Shown: positions 44,581 through 54,881, numbered from the stretch's first letter. The stretch is DNA of 64,000 nucleotides from Alphaproteobacteria bacterium (GCA_017616785.1 JAFZXK010000006.1:3184-67183), one strand, 5' to 3'. A program made the numbers and translations. The notes: a model not told the origin generated them from the sequence alone.

Positions 44581-44910
44581 TTAGTGATGCAAAAACAAAT
44601 GCGCAACAATTCCGGCAACGGTTAGAATTGTTATGCAAACCAAGATTATCATTTGCACGCGGTGGTGGTGCGTCGCGTCGCAGTGTTCACATTTACAATC
44701 GCGATTTGAAAGGTACAAAATCCACGACAAACACAGCATCAATCCGGAAAACACGAACAACCATTTTTCCGCGCTTTCGGGTATTATGTCATGATCCAAC
44801 GCACCCGGCGCGATAAGTCCGACCAGTCCCAACACAACCGGCAACACACAGCAAAACATGTGTGGCAAAATTCCGGCGATGATTCCAATTTTTACGGCGC
44901 GATTTTTCAT
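44581..44910 (-). CDS. Small Cys/His-rich membrane protein, MerT/MerC-like architecture
   Basis: The ORF is 109 aa with three TM segments. A CC pair lies in TM1 (HMFCCVLPVV) and CKCEHCDATHHH lies in a loop. The functional call is tentative. Confidence 0.4.
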   Translation of the reverse strand: MKNRAVKIGIIAGILPHMFCCVLPVVLGLVGLIAPGALDHDIIPESAEKWLFVFSGLMLCLSWILYLSNRDCKCEHCDATHHHRVQMIILVCITILTVAGIVAHLFLHH

Positions 44911-44926
44911 TATTTTTCCATTGTCT

Positions 44927-45002
44927 TGGTATCCCCAGCCGGAATCGAACCGACATCTAATTCTTAGGAGGAACTTGTTCTATCCGATTGAACTATGGGG
45001 AC
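44927..45002 (-). tRNA. tRNA-Arg (anticodon CCU), CCA encoded
   Basis: The reverse complement is GTCCCCATAGTTCAATCGGATAGAACAAGTTCCTCCTAAGAATTAGATGTCGGTTCGATTCCGGCTGGGGATACCA, with anticodon loop CTCCTAA. Confidence 0.9.
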
Positions 45003-45089
45003 ACGCGTTTATATTTTAATCTTTGATTTTGATATTGCAAGTTATATTAAAATCTGTATAATACTTGGACATCGCACTGGAAGAAAGAA

Positions 45090-46028
45090 ATGGGAAATAA
45101 ACTTATCGGATATGGTTCTTATTTGCCGGCGCGCGTTGTAACAAACGCGGATTTCGAACGCGTTATGGATACAACCGACCAATGGATTGTTGAACGCACC
45201 GGAATTCGTGCGCGGCACTTTGCGGCGGCGGATGAAACGGTTGCGGATATGGCAACAAATGCGGCGCGCGCGGCGTTGAAAAATGCAAATATTGGAATCG
45301 ATGATATCGATATGATAATTGTTGCGACAACAACGCCGGAACTTGATTTTCCGTCTGTGGCGGTGACTGTTGCGGGTCTTTTGGGGGCAACAAACAATAT
45401 GCCGGCATTTGATGTTCGTGGCGCATGCACGGGGTATATATATGCCCTGCACTGCGCGCGCGGATTTTTTACCGCGGGTATGCATGAACGCATTATGATT
45501 ATAGGCGCGGAAAAAATGTCGCGCTTTGTTGATATGACCGACCGGTCGACCGCGGTTCTGTTTGGTGATGGCGCGGGCGCATTGATATTTGAACGTTCTA
45601 CATCAAGTTATTCGGGAATAATAGATACGGTGGTTATGTCGGACGGGCGGCGGTTTGATATGCTGCACGGGTCGGACGACCATAAAATTATTATGAACGG
45701 ACCGGAAACATATAAAATGGCGGTGTCACTGATGCCGGATGCGGCGCGGTATATTATGGAACACGCCGGTATTACCCAAGATGACATTGATTGGATTGTA
45801 CCGCACCAGGCGAACATAAGGATTATCGAATCCTGTGCGGCGCGTTTGGGCTTTCCGATTGAAAAGATTTTGATAACGGTGGACAAGCATGCGAACACCA
45901 GTGGCGCATCCGGCGCATTGGCGTTGGCGTATGCATTTGACAACGGTATCATAAAACATGGACAACTTGTGCTTTATCCCGCGTTTGGCGCCGGCCTGAC
46001 GTGGGGTGCAACATTAATAAGGGTGTAA
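45090..46028 (+). CDS. fabH: 3-oxoacyl-ACP synthase III
   Basis: TSDEWI-like TTDQWIVERTGI, active-site ACTGYIYAL, and HQANIRII...GNTSGAS are present. Confidence 0.95.
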   Translation: MGNKLIGYGSYLPARVVTNADFERVMDTTDQWIVERTGIRARHFAAADETVADMATNAARAALKNANIGIDDIDMIIVATTTPELDFPSVAVTVAGLLGATNNMPAFDVRGACTGYIYALHCARGFFTAGMHERIMIIGAEKMSRFVDMTDRSTAVLFGDGAGALIFERSTSSYSGIIDTVVMSDGRRFDMLHGSDDHKIIMNGPETYKMAVSLMPDAARYIMEHAGITQDDIDWIVPHQANIRIIESCAARLGFPIEKILITVDKHANTSGASGALALAYAFDNGIIKHGQLVLYPAFGAGLTWGATLIRV

Positions 46029-46031
46029 AAA

Positions 46032-46319
46032 ATGGCAACGATAACAAGAAATGATTTGGCAACAACATTGCGTGATGAATTTGGTTTTACGGCGGCACAG
46101 TCGGGAAAACTGATTGATTCAATATTCGATGAAATATGCGAATCGCTGATAAATGGTGAAGAAGTAAAGTTCGCCGGATTCGGCACTTTCAAGATTTTGG
46201 ATAAATCGGCACGCGTTGGCCGCAATCCAAAGACCGGTGAAATGGCGATTGTAACCGCACGGCGCGTTGTTTCTTTCCGTCCCTGTGCGGAATTCCGCGA
46301 ACGGGTGTCAAGAAAATAA
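46032..46319 (+). CDS. ihfA: Integration host factor subunit alpha
   Basis: The ORF is 95 aa. The GFGTFKILDKSARVGRNPKTGEMAIVTARRVVSFRP beta-arm signature is present. Confidence 0.9.
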   Translation: MATITRNDLATTLRDEFGFTAAQSGKLIDSIFDEICESLINGEEVKFAGFGTFKILDKSARVGRNPKTGEMAIVTARRVVSFRPCAEFRERVSRK

Positions 46320-46520
46320 TCGTGATCTCCCCTTCTTTTCAAGAAGGGGTGCGGCATAGCATGCCGCGGGGTAGTTGAACCCATACCCCGATGCCGTTCG
46401 GCATCACCCCTTTCCCACGGAAAGGGGATGTCCCGCCGTCACCCCGCGGAAACGCGGGGTCTTGTGGTTTCAAACGTGATGACGAGATACCGCCTTTCGG
46501 CGGTATAACGTTTCTTTTTG
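46320..46520. repeat. GC-rich multi-hairpin REP-like mosaic, homologous to 12251-12347
   Basis: CCCCTTCTTTTCAAGAAGGGG is identical to 12251-12271. GGGGTAGTTGAACCCATACCCC and CCCCTTTCCCACGGAAAGGGG are near-identical. The second hairpin differs in sequence but still pairs. Extra hairpins are CCCCGCGGAAACGCGGGG and ATACCGCCTTTCGGCGGTAT. Confidence 0.8.
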
Positions 46521-46548
46521 CAATATGGGGTGGTAAAAGCTAAACTTT

Positions 46549-48456
46549 TTATGGATTTGGAGTCACAACGCCGTTCATGACACAACTAAGCGTACCATCT
46601 GATGATAATTGCAAGACATAACCCCTGTTGCATTCTATCTTATTGCATCCGTCCCACAAATTATTTACGTATTCATTGCCGTTGATTGTTCCGCCCTGTT
46701 GCGGGACAGAACCACATGTTCCATTGGTCACAGTATCACCTTTTTGGCATGAATACCTGCATACATACCCGGTCACGGTACGTGGAGAGGTGTTTCCGAA
46801 AACGGTACTGCCACAGGTGACAGAATGACTTGGTGTGTATAACCCATTATATGTGCTTAGATATTTTAGCGGATTATTTGAACCGCAAACAGCCAGATGT
46901 GGCAGGTTATAAGCACTGGGGACTTCACATGTTGTACTGGATACATTGCATCCATTCACAGCAAAGCCATATTGGTCAACAAATTGATAGTTTATGCTTA
47001 ACGTATCACCGGCCTCTTTCACACATTGCGGATTATATACATTACCGCTACCATTCAAACCATAACCATCGTCACAAGATGTAATATACTTTACGTCGCC
47101 CTTGCCGAAACCATTGCTATCTGGGGTAAAGCTATCGCCGATACGTAAATCGCATGAGAATGGATACTGCTGAGTATGTTGAATATTTTCTGCCGGACAT
47201 TTCCGTGCCCAACCCGCATAAACACTGATTGGGTATGGAGTTATGTCAACCAAATCACCATTACATTCTGGAATATTGTCCGGACCATAATGTATAACAT
47301 GACCATTCCCCCCAGTTAAAGGTTGACACCATAAATCTACGGTATTATAGGGCTCAACAACAACAACCGCACGTCCTGTAATATTCATATAGTTATTTAG
47401 TTGATTGGTTCGATAAAACACACTGAATGCACCGCCATCTGTAGTTCCAACATCAGTTATAAGATCTTCGGGATTTTTTGGTTGTTTAAAATATCCGCGA
47501 AATTCATAGTCCGTTGCTTGTGGGACCCAAAGACTCATGCAAGTCCCACCTTGGTGAATATCGCCCCTATTCTCTTTACACCAATCGGCCGCACGACACC
47601 CAGTTCCACCATAACATGTTAATGTTTTACCATTGTTACCACCCTGGCTGTTGGGGTAAGTCACACCAAAACTCTTTCCAGGATTAGTATTGTTATCATA
47701 AAGTGTAACCAAAAGATTCCAATGGCAATAGTTTTGATAACTTCCGCCCGGTCCGGTTGGACGCCAACATTGCAATTGGTCGGGCGAAACAGAACGGCCC
47801 TGGGTATCAAAATAATCTTCGCCTTCGACCACACAAACATTATATTGGTTCATATAATGGCCATCTGGGCAAGTATAAACCGCGCGGTATGTTACCGTCG
47901 ATCCCGCGGGGGCATTTACCGTGGCATTTCTGGATGCGGCTGAATCTTGCTGATCCGACCTGACCCAACCGGCGAATATTGCGCCATCAAAACTACTGCG
48001 GTCGGGGACATATGCGGTAAGGCGTGCGCCCTGAACTGCCTTGAACTGGGATGTTTTGGACATACTGCCACCGCGTGTATCAAGTTTTACGGTAATCATT
48101 GATGCGCTTGATTCGCATTCGCCATATCCGGTTTCCGTTGTGCCATCCGGGCACGTATATGTCTGTGGAATTTCAACAGGGCCGCTTAGATTGGCATCAA
48201 GTAGTATATTCAATGCATTTGATGTTACGTTTCCATTTGCGTCGACAATCATTTGCCCATTTACATAAAATCCGGTAAATGTGGTATCGTCCGCCGGCGT
48301 TACGGTAAGGTGCGAAACCGCGGTGGCGTTACATGCGGTGGCGGGCTTTGACCGGTAAAGGCCGGGACACGCGCCGTCCTGTTCATACCAAAGCGTTACG
48401 GTGGCGACCGCCGGCAACGATACAAAACACAGTGCACATGTCAAAAAACGTTTCAT
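46549..48456 (-). CDS. Large secreted Cys-rich surface protein (635 aa)
   Basis: The start is taken at MKRFLTCALCFVSLPAVATV. It has repeated YTCPDG-x(7-9)-C modules and F-x-G-[WFY]...Y-A-x-W segments reminiscent of Listeria-Bacteroides-type repeats. Confidence 0.65.
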   Translation of the reverse strand: MKRFLTCALCFVSLPAVATVTLWYEQDGACPGLYRSKPATACNATAVSHLTVTPADDTTFTGFYVNGQMIVDANGNVTSNALNILLDANLSGPVEIPQTYTCPDGTTETGYGECESSASMITVKLDTRGGSMSKTSQFKAVQGARLTAYVPDRSSFDGAIFAGWVRSDQQDSAASRNATVNAPAGSTVTYRAVYTCPDGHYMNQYNVCVVEGEDYFDTQGRSVSPDQLQCWRPTGPGGSYQNYCHWNLLVTLYDNNTNPGKSFGVTYPNSQGGNNGKTLTCYGGTGCRAADWCKENRGDIHQGGTCMSLWVPQATDYEFRGYFKQPKNPEDLITDVGTTDGGAFSVFYRTNQLNNYMNITGRAVVVVEPYNTVDLWCQPLTGGNGHVIHYGPDNIPECNGDLVDITPYPISVYAGWARKCPAENIQHTQQYPFSCDLRIGDSFTPDSNGFGKGDVKYITSCDDGYGLNGSGNVYNPQCVKEAGDTLSINYQFVDQYGFAVNGCNVSSTTCEVPSAYNLPHLAVCGSNNPLKYLSTYNGLYTPSHSVTCGSTVFGNTSPRTVTGYVCRYSCQKGDTVTNGTCGSVPQQGGTINGNEYVNNLWDGCNKIECNRGYVLQLSSDGTLSCVMNGVVTPNP

Positions 48457-48516
48457 TTTATTTTTTCCTTTTTGTTTTATTACTACCCCCATCCCGCCCC
48501 TCTCCATGGAGGGGAA

Positions 48517-51500
48517 CTATTCTGCGCCGGGCAGAGTTATACTGTTCCAATTTTCCCCGGGTGCCACACATTTAACGTCCGCACCGGTGCCGCGTGGTTC
48601 GTACCCATTGATGCAAGTGATACCATAATCCACAGCCCCGCTTGAATTGATGTCCAAAGTACATGTGCCATTGTCAACATTGTTACACTTTTCCGCCCAC
48701 GCCGCATACAGATTCAATCCGTTAAAGTTCGCATCCGTTGTTGCCAAAACCCAACTGGTGTTATTCAACAAAAGTGGATTTGAACCCGCCGGCCAACGCA
48801 ATCCGGTTGAATCGTCCACCGACACGGCACTTTTTGCACCGGGATAATACCCGCGGAATGTGTAATTCGTATCGGTAACACTTGGTGCATTGGTTACCCG
48901 GGCCCCGGTGTTTGGATTGGTATATCCGGTTCCTTGGGCATAACGAAGTGTCATCGGTGTATTGCTGTTCGCGGTGGTCGGCCGGTTAGGATAGAAGTTT
49001 ATATTGAAATTATCATAGATATAATAATCCTCGTCCGGAACAGTATATGTTGCATTCCAAGTATGATTATTGTCATCAAAATATACAAAACCAATACTTC
49101 CACCGGTCGTGAATACTTTGACCGTTGCCGTAAGTGTTTCGTCCGGGTCCGTATCGGCAAGTTTCGCAAGATTTTCCGTAACGACAGTGCCATCTTCACG
49201 TGCGAACAAAACGGATTCGCCATTAACATCTATATAGAACCCAGATGCGCGGCTGTTTTGTTTCATATACCAACCTATGCTATCCACGGCCTCGGTACAG
49301 ACCATTGAATTTTGGCTTGGGTTACTGATATAAACACCGGGATGCTGACAAATACTGCCGTCGGTATCGACCCAGAATGCATCAGCCGTGCTTAGTCCAC
49401 GTGTCCGCGGGATACGTGTGCCACCCTGGTCTTTTATTTCAACATAGCGCAGGCCACCGGTACCAGTGGATGGCGTCGTCCACTGTGCCGTAATTGTAAA
49501 CGCGTCGCCCGCAAAACTGGAAAGATCGGCAATCCCGTAAAGTGCACTTTTGAATACGCCATTTCCATCAATGTACTCTGTATTTCCGTTATAAAAACCA
49601 TTAAATATCGAACTATTTGAATATGTACGCGGAACATTTGTTAACTGCGTATACGAATATGCACTGCCTGGGCAATTCTCTCCATTATCCCCGTACAAAC
49701 GATCATACACCCCATCGCATACATGATTAGAATCGACATATAATCTAGATGGATTTGCTGCTATCAGATCAGAGTTGCTAACATTTCCATAATCAAACGA
49801 TATTTCGGTCCAAAATGGCTCATCTTGATTGGTGCCATCCCTGTTCGTAACTTCACACACAACACCATTTTCTGTTGGACAAAACTTACCATTTTTAGGC
49901 GGTGTCTCACCATTACATTGCCACATGGGGCTATTCTCATAAGGAGAACTCCAATTGCAATAATGTTGGTTACCAGATGACGTCACATCCAAATATATAC
50001 ACCCATTTTCGGTACTAACTTGACCACACCCCCCTTCTGGGCATCCATCCATAGAAAGGAGGTCACCAGCAGTAGTTATGAAAGTGTATGGTTGTTTTTG
50101 GCTGCATTTAATTATTACGGTATATTCCGGCTCTGGTGGTGTGGGGTTGTTCTTATTCCACTCCGCTGTGCATGTTGTATTGTTTACTGATGGCCTATAT
50201 GATGTATTTGGCAGAAATTCGAGATTATTTTGACCACACTTCCACACATTTAAAGTATAACCTAAACGCTCACACCACGATCCACTTAAATACAAATCTT
50301 TATTTGTTGTAGTTTTAGACTGAATGTTAGTAGGCGCCCCACCATTACAATCTATGAGTACGGTATATTCTTGGGGTTCACAGGAATCACCGTCTTTTAA
50401 ACATTCACCAGTATATTGACAAAAAAACTCATCGTCATCACAAGTGTTACCATAGATATTATCCCGCATGCAATCGTCGGTGGAGGTGCTGTAGAGTAAA
50501 CCTTGGACCCAGCAATTCATTTCCGTTGGGGTTGGTGTGTCGATTGAATATCCGTTCACCGACATACAGGTTACAACCTGGGCCCGACAGGCGTTCACCG
50601 CGATATTCATTTTGGTTGTGTTTGTGCTGTATTCATCAGTTTCCCAATCAATTGGGTCTTCGGTTGGGTAACCGTTTTGCGTTAAACATGTTGTAACATC
50701 ACTTACGCAAGATTCGGCATAGTTCGCAAGGATTTCATCCTGTTTCGCCTTTATCTGAATCAAAACGCGCGCAAGGTATTGCTTTATAACGTCGTTATCC
50801 TGTTTATACTTTGCGGATGTGCCCTTGCCATCGTAACTGTAATCTTGGCATTTGTTAAGGACGGATACGCACATACCGTATGCGCGGCCGTCTTTGTTGA
50901 CATACCCGATTTTGTTTTGCAGGTATTTCGACATATTTTCGCTTACCTTTTCGGCACTGTTGCTCTTTACAGTTTGGGTAATATATTCCGACAATGTGTC
51001 GTTGGTGCCACTGCCCCATGCGTTGTTTTGATTGTATGTTGGATTCTTCAAATACGTGGTGTAATTACTACTGCCCTGTGGGTCGGCGTGTATTTGACAT
51101 GTTGCACCCGGCATATCCCATGTCCGGTAAAGATTCACACGGCAAACATCACTGGTCATCACACTGGATACAAGGTCCCTTGCTTCCGGGTCGATGGCGT
51201 GGCCGGGCTGACTGCCCACCACGATTTCGCCGTTCACGATATAGCGGCCCGTCGGGTCAAGGCAATTTTCATAGTCCGAACCACAGACAAATTCATCCTG
51301 CATACATTCGTCCAGTGCATTGATGCAACCACGCATGTCGTATGCATTTTTCTGTTGTGCCACCATAAGGCGCGCCTTTTGCAAAACGTTTTTCGCGTTG
51401 CGCACCGTCGCCAACATTTGATCGTTGGAATCATTCAAACTGCGTTCATACGCCATACATTCGCGGTCGATTTCCAAATCATATGCATTGGTAATAAGTG

Positions 51501-52875
51501 ATGCGTCAACACCGCGCGCCGTGCATGCCTTTAACACAGATGTTTTGCAACGCGCCGCCGCGGTTTTGTATAACTGTTCCCCGCGTTGGTTGCTAACACT
51601 GTTTGTATTTGTCGTGCCAAATAATGACGCAAGGTCGAAACCGGTGCTGTCGAAAGAAAACTCTAAAAGACCGGACAGGTCAAAGTTCAAAATGCCATTG
51701 TCGGCGGTACTGGTTGCACCACCGGACGAAACATTGATTATCATATCCTTTATTTTGTTAAGGTTCGCTTGCAATTGGCTGTTGTCCGTGCCGTTGGTGC
51801 GCATTTTTTCTTCGGCCGCGGTTTCGGTGAACAGTGTTTCAACCTCACGCGAGGTCAGGCCGATATATTGAATTTTTTGCGCGACATCTTGCAATTCTTC
51901 GGTTGCGGTTTTTAACGCCGCCTCGGCCTTGGCATAGTTTTTAAGGTTCGCACTGCAACTGCACCGGCCCTGGTTATCGTCCAAGACGTTGCAATAATTA
52001 TCCATACACGACGCATACTGGGCCTTGCAATAATCCGTCAATTCCGCCAAATCGTCCATATCTTCCAATGACATGGAAACCGATGTTGTGTCCGCCGACA
52101 CGCCACTTACCGACGACATACGAACCGTCGGTGTTCGACGTGTAGAAGCGGATTTGTAAAGTGGTGTGTTTGAACTTTCGAGTGTTGTAACCATTCCATT
52201 TGATGCGGTAATTGTCGCACCCTTGGCCGCCACATCACCCCTAACAGATATCCGCCCCGCCCCCGTTGTTGTTGCGCGCGCCGTGCCCGCCGCCGTTGCG
52301 GTTCGTGCCGCCGTTGTTCGACCCGCGGTTGTTGCCGTACGCGCCACGGTTGTGCCAGATGTAGTTGCAGCACGTGATGAACCACCGGTTGTTCGTGCCG
52401 CCGCCGCACGTGTTGCCGCCGTGGTTGTTGCCGTACGCGTTGCGGTTGTCGTTCCCGTCGCACGCGGTGATGCGTTCGTTGTTCCGCGCGATGCCACCGC
52501 ACGCGACGCATCCGTACGCGCCGATGTTGTTGTTCGTGCCGCAACAACACGCGATGAATTTCCCGCCGCCGTTCCGCGACCGGATGACTTTGTCCCCGAT
52601 GTCGCCGGAACCGCGCGCGATGCGGTTGTTCTATTCGCAACCGGCGTAGCATTCACGGGTGCGCGCGAAATTTTTACCGATGTCGGCGTTTCAGACGCGG
52701 CGGTTTCCGCCGTTTCTTCGACGATTTCGGTTTCCGGGATTATCAAAAAACCATTTTCATCGTACATTGCGTCCGCGTATTCAAGCGCACCCTCGTCCGT
52801 TATGAAAACGGGTGCAACCTCAGCAAATGCGGGCAACACAAGCAGTCCACCAACAAATATAGCAAGTCGTTTCAT
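48517..52875 (-). CDS. Giant secreted surface protein (1452 aa): R/T/A-rich disordered region, Cys-rich helical region and repeat-rich C-terminal region
   Basis: The start is taken at MKRLAIFVGGLLVLPAFA. About 160 aa are ARTT/TATR low complexity. The DYCKAQYASCMDNYCN...RCSCS block is present, along with duplicated EYTV[LI]I[DK]C modules and FRGYY...LYAAWAEKC. Confidence 0.75.
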   Translation of the reverse strand: MKRLAIFVGGLLVLPAFAEVAPVFITDEGALEYADAMYDENGFLIIPETEIVEETAETAASETPTSVKISRAPVNATPVANRTTASRAVPATSGTKSSGRGTAAGNSSRVVAARTTTSARTDASRAVASRGTTNASPRATGTTTATRTATTTAATRAAAARTTGGSSRAATTSGTTVARTATTAGRTTAARTATAAGTARATTTGAGRISVRGDVAAKGATITASNGMVTTLESSNTPLYKSASTRRTPTVRMSSVSGVSADTTSVSMSLEDMDDLAELTDYCKAQYASCMDNYCNVLDDNQGRCSCSANLKNYAKAEAALKTATEELQDVAQKIQYIGLTSREVETLFTETAAEEKMRTNGTDNSQLQANLNKIKDMIINVSSGGATSTADNGILNFDLSGLLEFSFDSTGFDLASLFGTTNTNSVSNQRGEQLYKTAAARCKTSVLKACTARGVDASLITNAYDLEIDRECMAYERSLNDSNDQMLATVRNAKNVLQKARLMVAQQKNAYDMRGCINALDECMQDEFVCGSDYENCLDPTGRYIVNGEIVVGSQPGHAIDPEARDLVSSVMTSDVCRVNLYRTWDMPGATCQIHADPQGSSNYTTYLKNPTYNQNNAWGSGTNDTLSEYITQTVKSNSAEKVSENMSKYLQNKIGYVNKDGRAYGMCVSVLNKCQDYSYDGKGTSAKYKQDNDVIKQYLARVLIQIKAKQDEILANYAESCVSDVTTCLTQNGYPTEDPIDWETDEYSTNTTKMNIAVNACRAQVVTCMSVNGYSIDTPTPTEMNCWVQGLLYSTSTDDCMRDNIYGNTCDDDEFFCQYTGECLKDGDSCEPQEYTVLIDCNGGAPTNIQSKTTTNKDLYLSGSWCERLGYTLNVWKCGQNNLEFLPNTSYRPSVNNTTCTAEWNKNNPTPPEPEYTVIIKCSQKQPYTFITTAGDLLSMDGCPEGGCGQVSTENGCIYLDVTSSGNQHYCNWSSPYENSPMWQCNGETPPKNGKFCPTENGVVCEVTNRDGTNQDEPFWTEISFDYGNVSNSDLIAANPSRLYVDSNHVCDGVYDRLYGDNGENCPGSAYSYTQLTNVPRTYSNSSIFNGFYNGNTEYIDGNGVFKSALYGIADLSSFAGDAFTITAQWTTPSTGTGGLRYVEIKDQGGTRIPRTRGLSTADAFWVDTDGSICQHPGVYISNPSQNSMVCTEAVDSIGWYMKQNSRASGFYIDVNGESVLFAREDGTVVTENLAKLADTDPDETLTATVKVFTTGGSIGFVYFDDNNHTWNATYTVPDEDYYIYDNFNINFYPNRPTTANSNTPMTLRYAQGTGYTNPNTGARVTNAPSVTDTNYTFRGYYPGAKSAVSVDDSTGLRWPAGSNPLLLNNTSWVLATTDANFNGLNLYAAWAEKCNNVDNGTCTLDINSSGAVDYGITCINGYEPRGTGADVKCVAPGENWNSITLPGAE

Positions 52876-53033
52876 GGTAAAAATTTCCTTCCTTTGTGTA
52901 AAGTTTATCATTTTATAGAATTTTAACGCAAGCGAAAAATGAATACAGTTTCTAAAAAACGATTGTTTTATGAAGTTATTCTTGCGGATGTTTTGACTTG
53001 CGGTGAAACATGCAACTTGGTATAATTATCGGC

Positions 53034-54614
53034 ATGACAAGTGTGAAAAATTTTTTGCCACGGAAAATGTTCTCGTTCTTGGGTTGCGCAATTCCCACAA
53101 GTATGAAGGACGGACGTTTGCGCAATTATCAACCGAAAATAACCGAACAAGATTTCGATTATAATCCACTAAATACTCCGATTGCCAAAGTGTATAAAAA
53201 AGAACTTAAAAACGGCACGAACACCAGTGGTGCAACACTGATTGATGACGGCCTGTCCGCGTTTATTATTCGTGCCGCGTTCGCGCGTATGGCGACCAAG
53301 ACCATTGATGTTCAGACCTATATTTACAGTAATGATTTTTCCGCACATGTTTTAATAAGCGAACTTAAAAATGCCGCCGACCGCGGGGTCAAGGTAAGGA
53401 TCCTTATTGATGATTACGGAACGAATTCTGATATCGCCGATGTCATCGTCCTTAATCAACATCCGAATATCGAAGTGAAAATTTTTAACGCGGTAAAGCA
53501 TCGGTCACGACTTTTGTATTATCCGCAAATCTTGATGGATTTTAATCGACTAAATTCGCGAATGCATAATAAACTTTTTATTATTGACAATGTTGCGTTG
53601 ATTACCGGCGGCCGAAATATAGGCAGCAATTATTTTATGCCAGAAACCGCGGCGAATTTTTCCGATACTGATGTTTTGTTCATTGGTGAAATAACGCACG
53701 ACGCGACAAAAAGTTTTAATGAATATTGGAACTATGAATTGTCGGTGCCGGCATCCGTTATTCCAAAGGCCTGTTCCGCACGCGCGATGCAAAAACTTAG
53801 CCGGCAATTTAGAAGACAAGAACAAATTGGAACAAAAAACCTTAAACGATATAATACTATCATTTCACTGGTAGTGCGTGAATATAATCACAAAAATTTT
53901 GACTTTTCGTGGGGCCATGGACAGTTCTTGGCTGACGCGCCGACCAAGGTGCAAATGCCGATGGCAAAAAAAGAAAAACACCGCGGGCAAATTATGCGCG
54001 CGTTGAATAAACTTTGGATTGCGACAAAAAAATCGGCGTATGTGTCCGCCGCGTATTTTGTTCCGGGACATGGCGGCATGCAAATGATACAACGCGGCGA
54101 ACAATCCGGTGTTCATGTTACTATTGTTACAAATTCACTTTCATCAACAAACGCGCCGACCGTTTTCGCAAAGTGGGAAAAATATCGTCGCAAACTTATT
54201 CGTGGTGGCGTTGATGTGTATGAATTTATGTCTTCGGCGGAAAATCGACGCGGAAGATTGCACGACCGTATGCGAAAGCAATCGAGTTTTTCCGTTATGC
54301 ACAGCAAGACAATTGTATTTGATGATAAAATTTCATGGATAGGCAGTTTTAACCTTGACCCGCGCAGCGCGTATTACAATACCGAAAATGTTGCAATCTT
54401 TGAAAGCCCTGAATTTGCGCAGAAATTGCGCGATATGATTATTGACGACACAAAAACATCGTGGCATGTAACAATTGATGAAGGTAAAACAACTTGGTGC
54501 GGGTTTCGAAGTGGGAATAATGTCATCCGTGTGCATCATCATGACCCCGACACGACAATTTTTAGACGCGCCTTTAAGACGATTGCAAAGATTATTCCGG
54601 AAAAATTTGTCTGA
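53034..54614 (+). CDS. Phospholipase D / cardiolipin-synthase-family protein (two HKD motifs)
   Basis: HNKLFIIDNVALITGGRNIGSNYF and HSKTIVFDDKISWIGSFNLDPRS are present. The start is taken at the ATG at 53034, 7 nt after TGGTATAAT (53018-53026). It could also start upstream at 53010. Confidence 0.85.
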   Translation: MTSVKNFLPRKMFSFLGCAIPTSMKDGRLRNYQPKITEQDFDYNPLNTPIAKVYKKELKNGTNTSGATLIDDGLSAFIIRAAFARMATKTIDVQTYIYSNDFSAHVLISELKNAADRGVKVRILIDDYGTNSDIADVIVLNQHPNIEVKIFNAVKHRSRLLYYPQILMDFNRLNSRMHNKLFIIDNVALITGGRNIGSNYFMPETAANFSDTDVLFIGEITHDATKSFNEYWNYELSVPASVIPKACSARAMQKLSRQFRRQEQIGTKNLKRYNTIISLVVREYNHKNFDFSWGHGQFLADAPTKVQMPMAKKEKHRGQIMRALNKLWIATKKSAYVSAAYFVPGHGGMQMIQRGEQSGVHVTIVTNSLSSTNAPTVFAKWEKYRRKLIRGGVDVYEFMSSAENRRGRLHDRMRKQSSFSVMHSKTIVFDDKISWIGSFNLDPRSAYYNTENVAIFESPEFAQKLRDMIIDDTKTSWHVTIDEGKTTWCGFRSGNNVIRVHHHDPDTTIFRRAFKTIAKIIPEKFV

Positions 54615-54677
54615 TTACAATCGGTTAAAAATTTTTTAATTTTTTTCATTTTTTTTATTTTTTTTTATATTTTTCTC

Positions 54678-54707
54678 TTGACCTGCGATTCGTTTTTATT
54701 CTATCAT
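54678..54707 (+). promoter_or_regulatory. Candidate promoter TTGACC-18 nt-TATCAT, preceded by a long T-rich UP-like tract
   Basis: The hexamers lie at 54678-54683 and 54702-54707. It would give a ~170-nt 5' UTR ahead of the ATG at 54882. Confidence 0.4.
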
Positions 54708-54881
54708 CACTGTATAGACATTGGGACAAGAGGAAAATCGTTCGAGAACCCGTAAAAAGCGCGGATTTTTGGGCAAAACAAACAAAAATTTGAAAATTTA
54801 TGTCGCAAAAATGTAAATACACAATGTAAATACAAATTACGGCTGAATTTCAAAGATAACACCCAGAAAGGAGGGACACAC

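Noticed and set aside
52107-52918. 250-aa, 181-aa and 94-aa ORFs overlapping the 5' part of the giant surface protein gene
   Set aside because: They arise from the GC-rich, stop-poor Arg/Thr/Ala-coding tract. They have extreme low-complexity composition (poly A/V/R or R/H/Q) and no independent signals.
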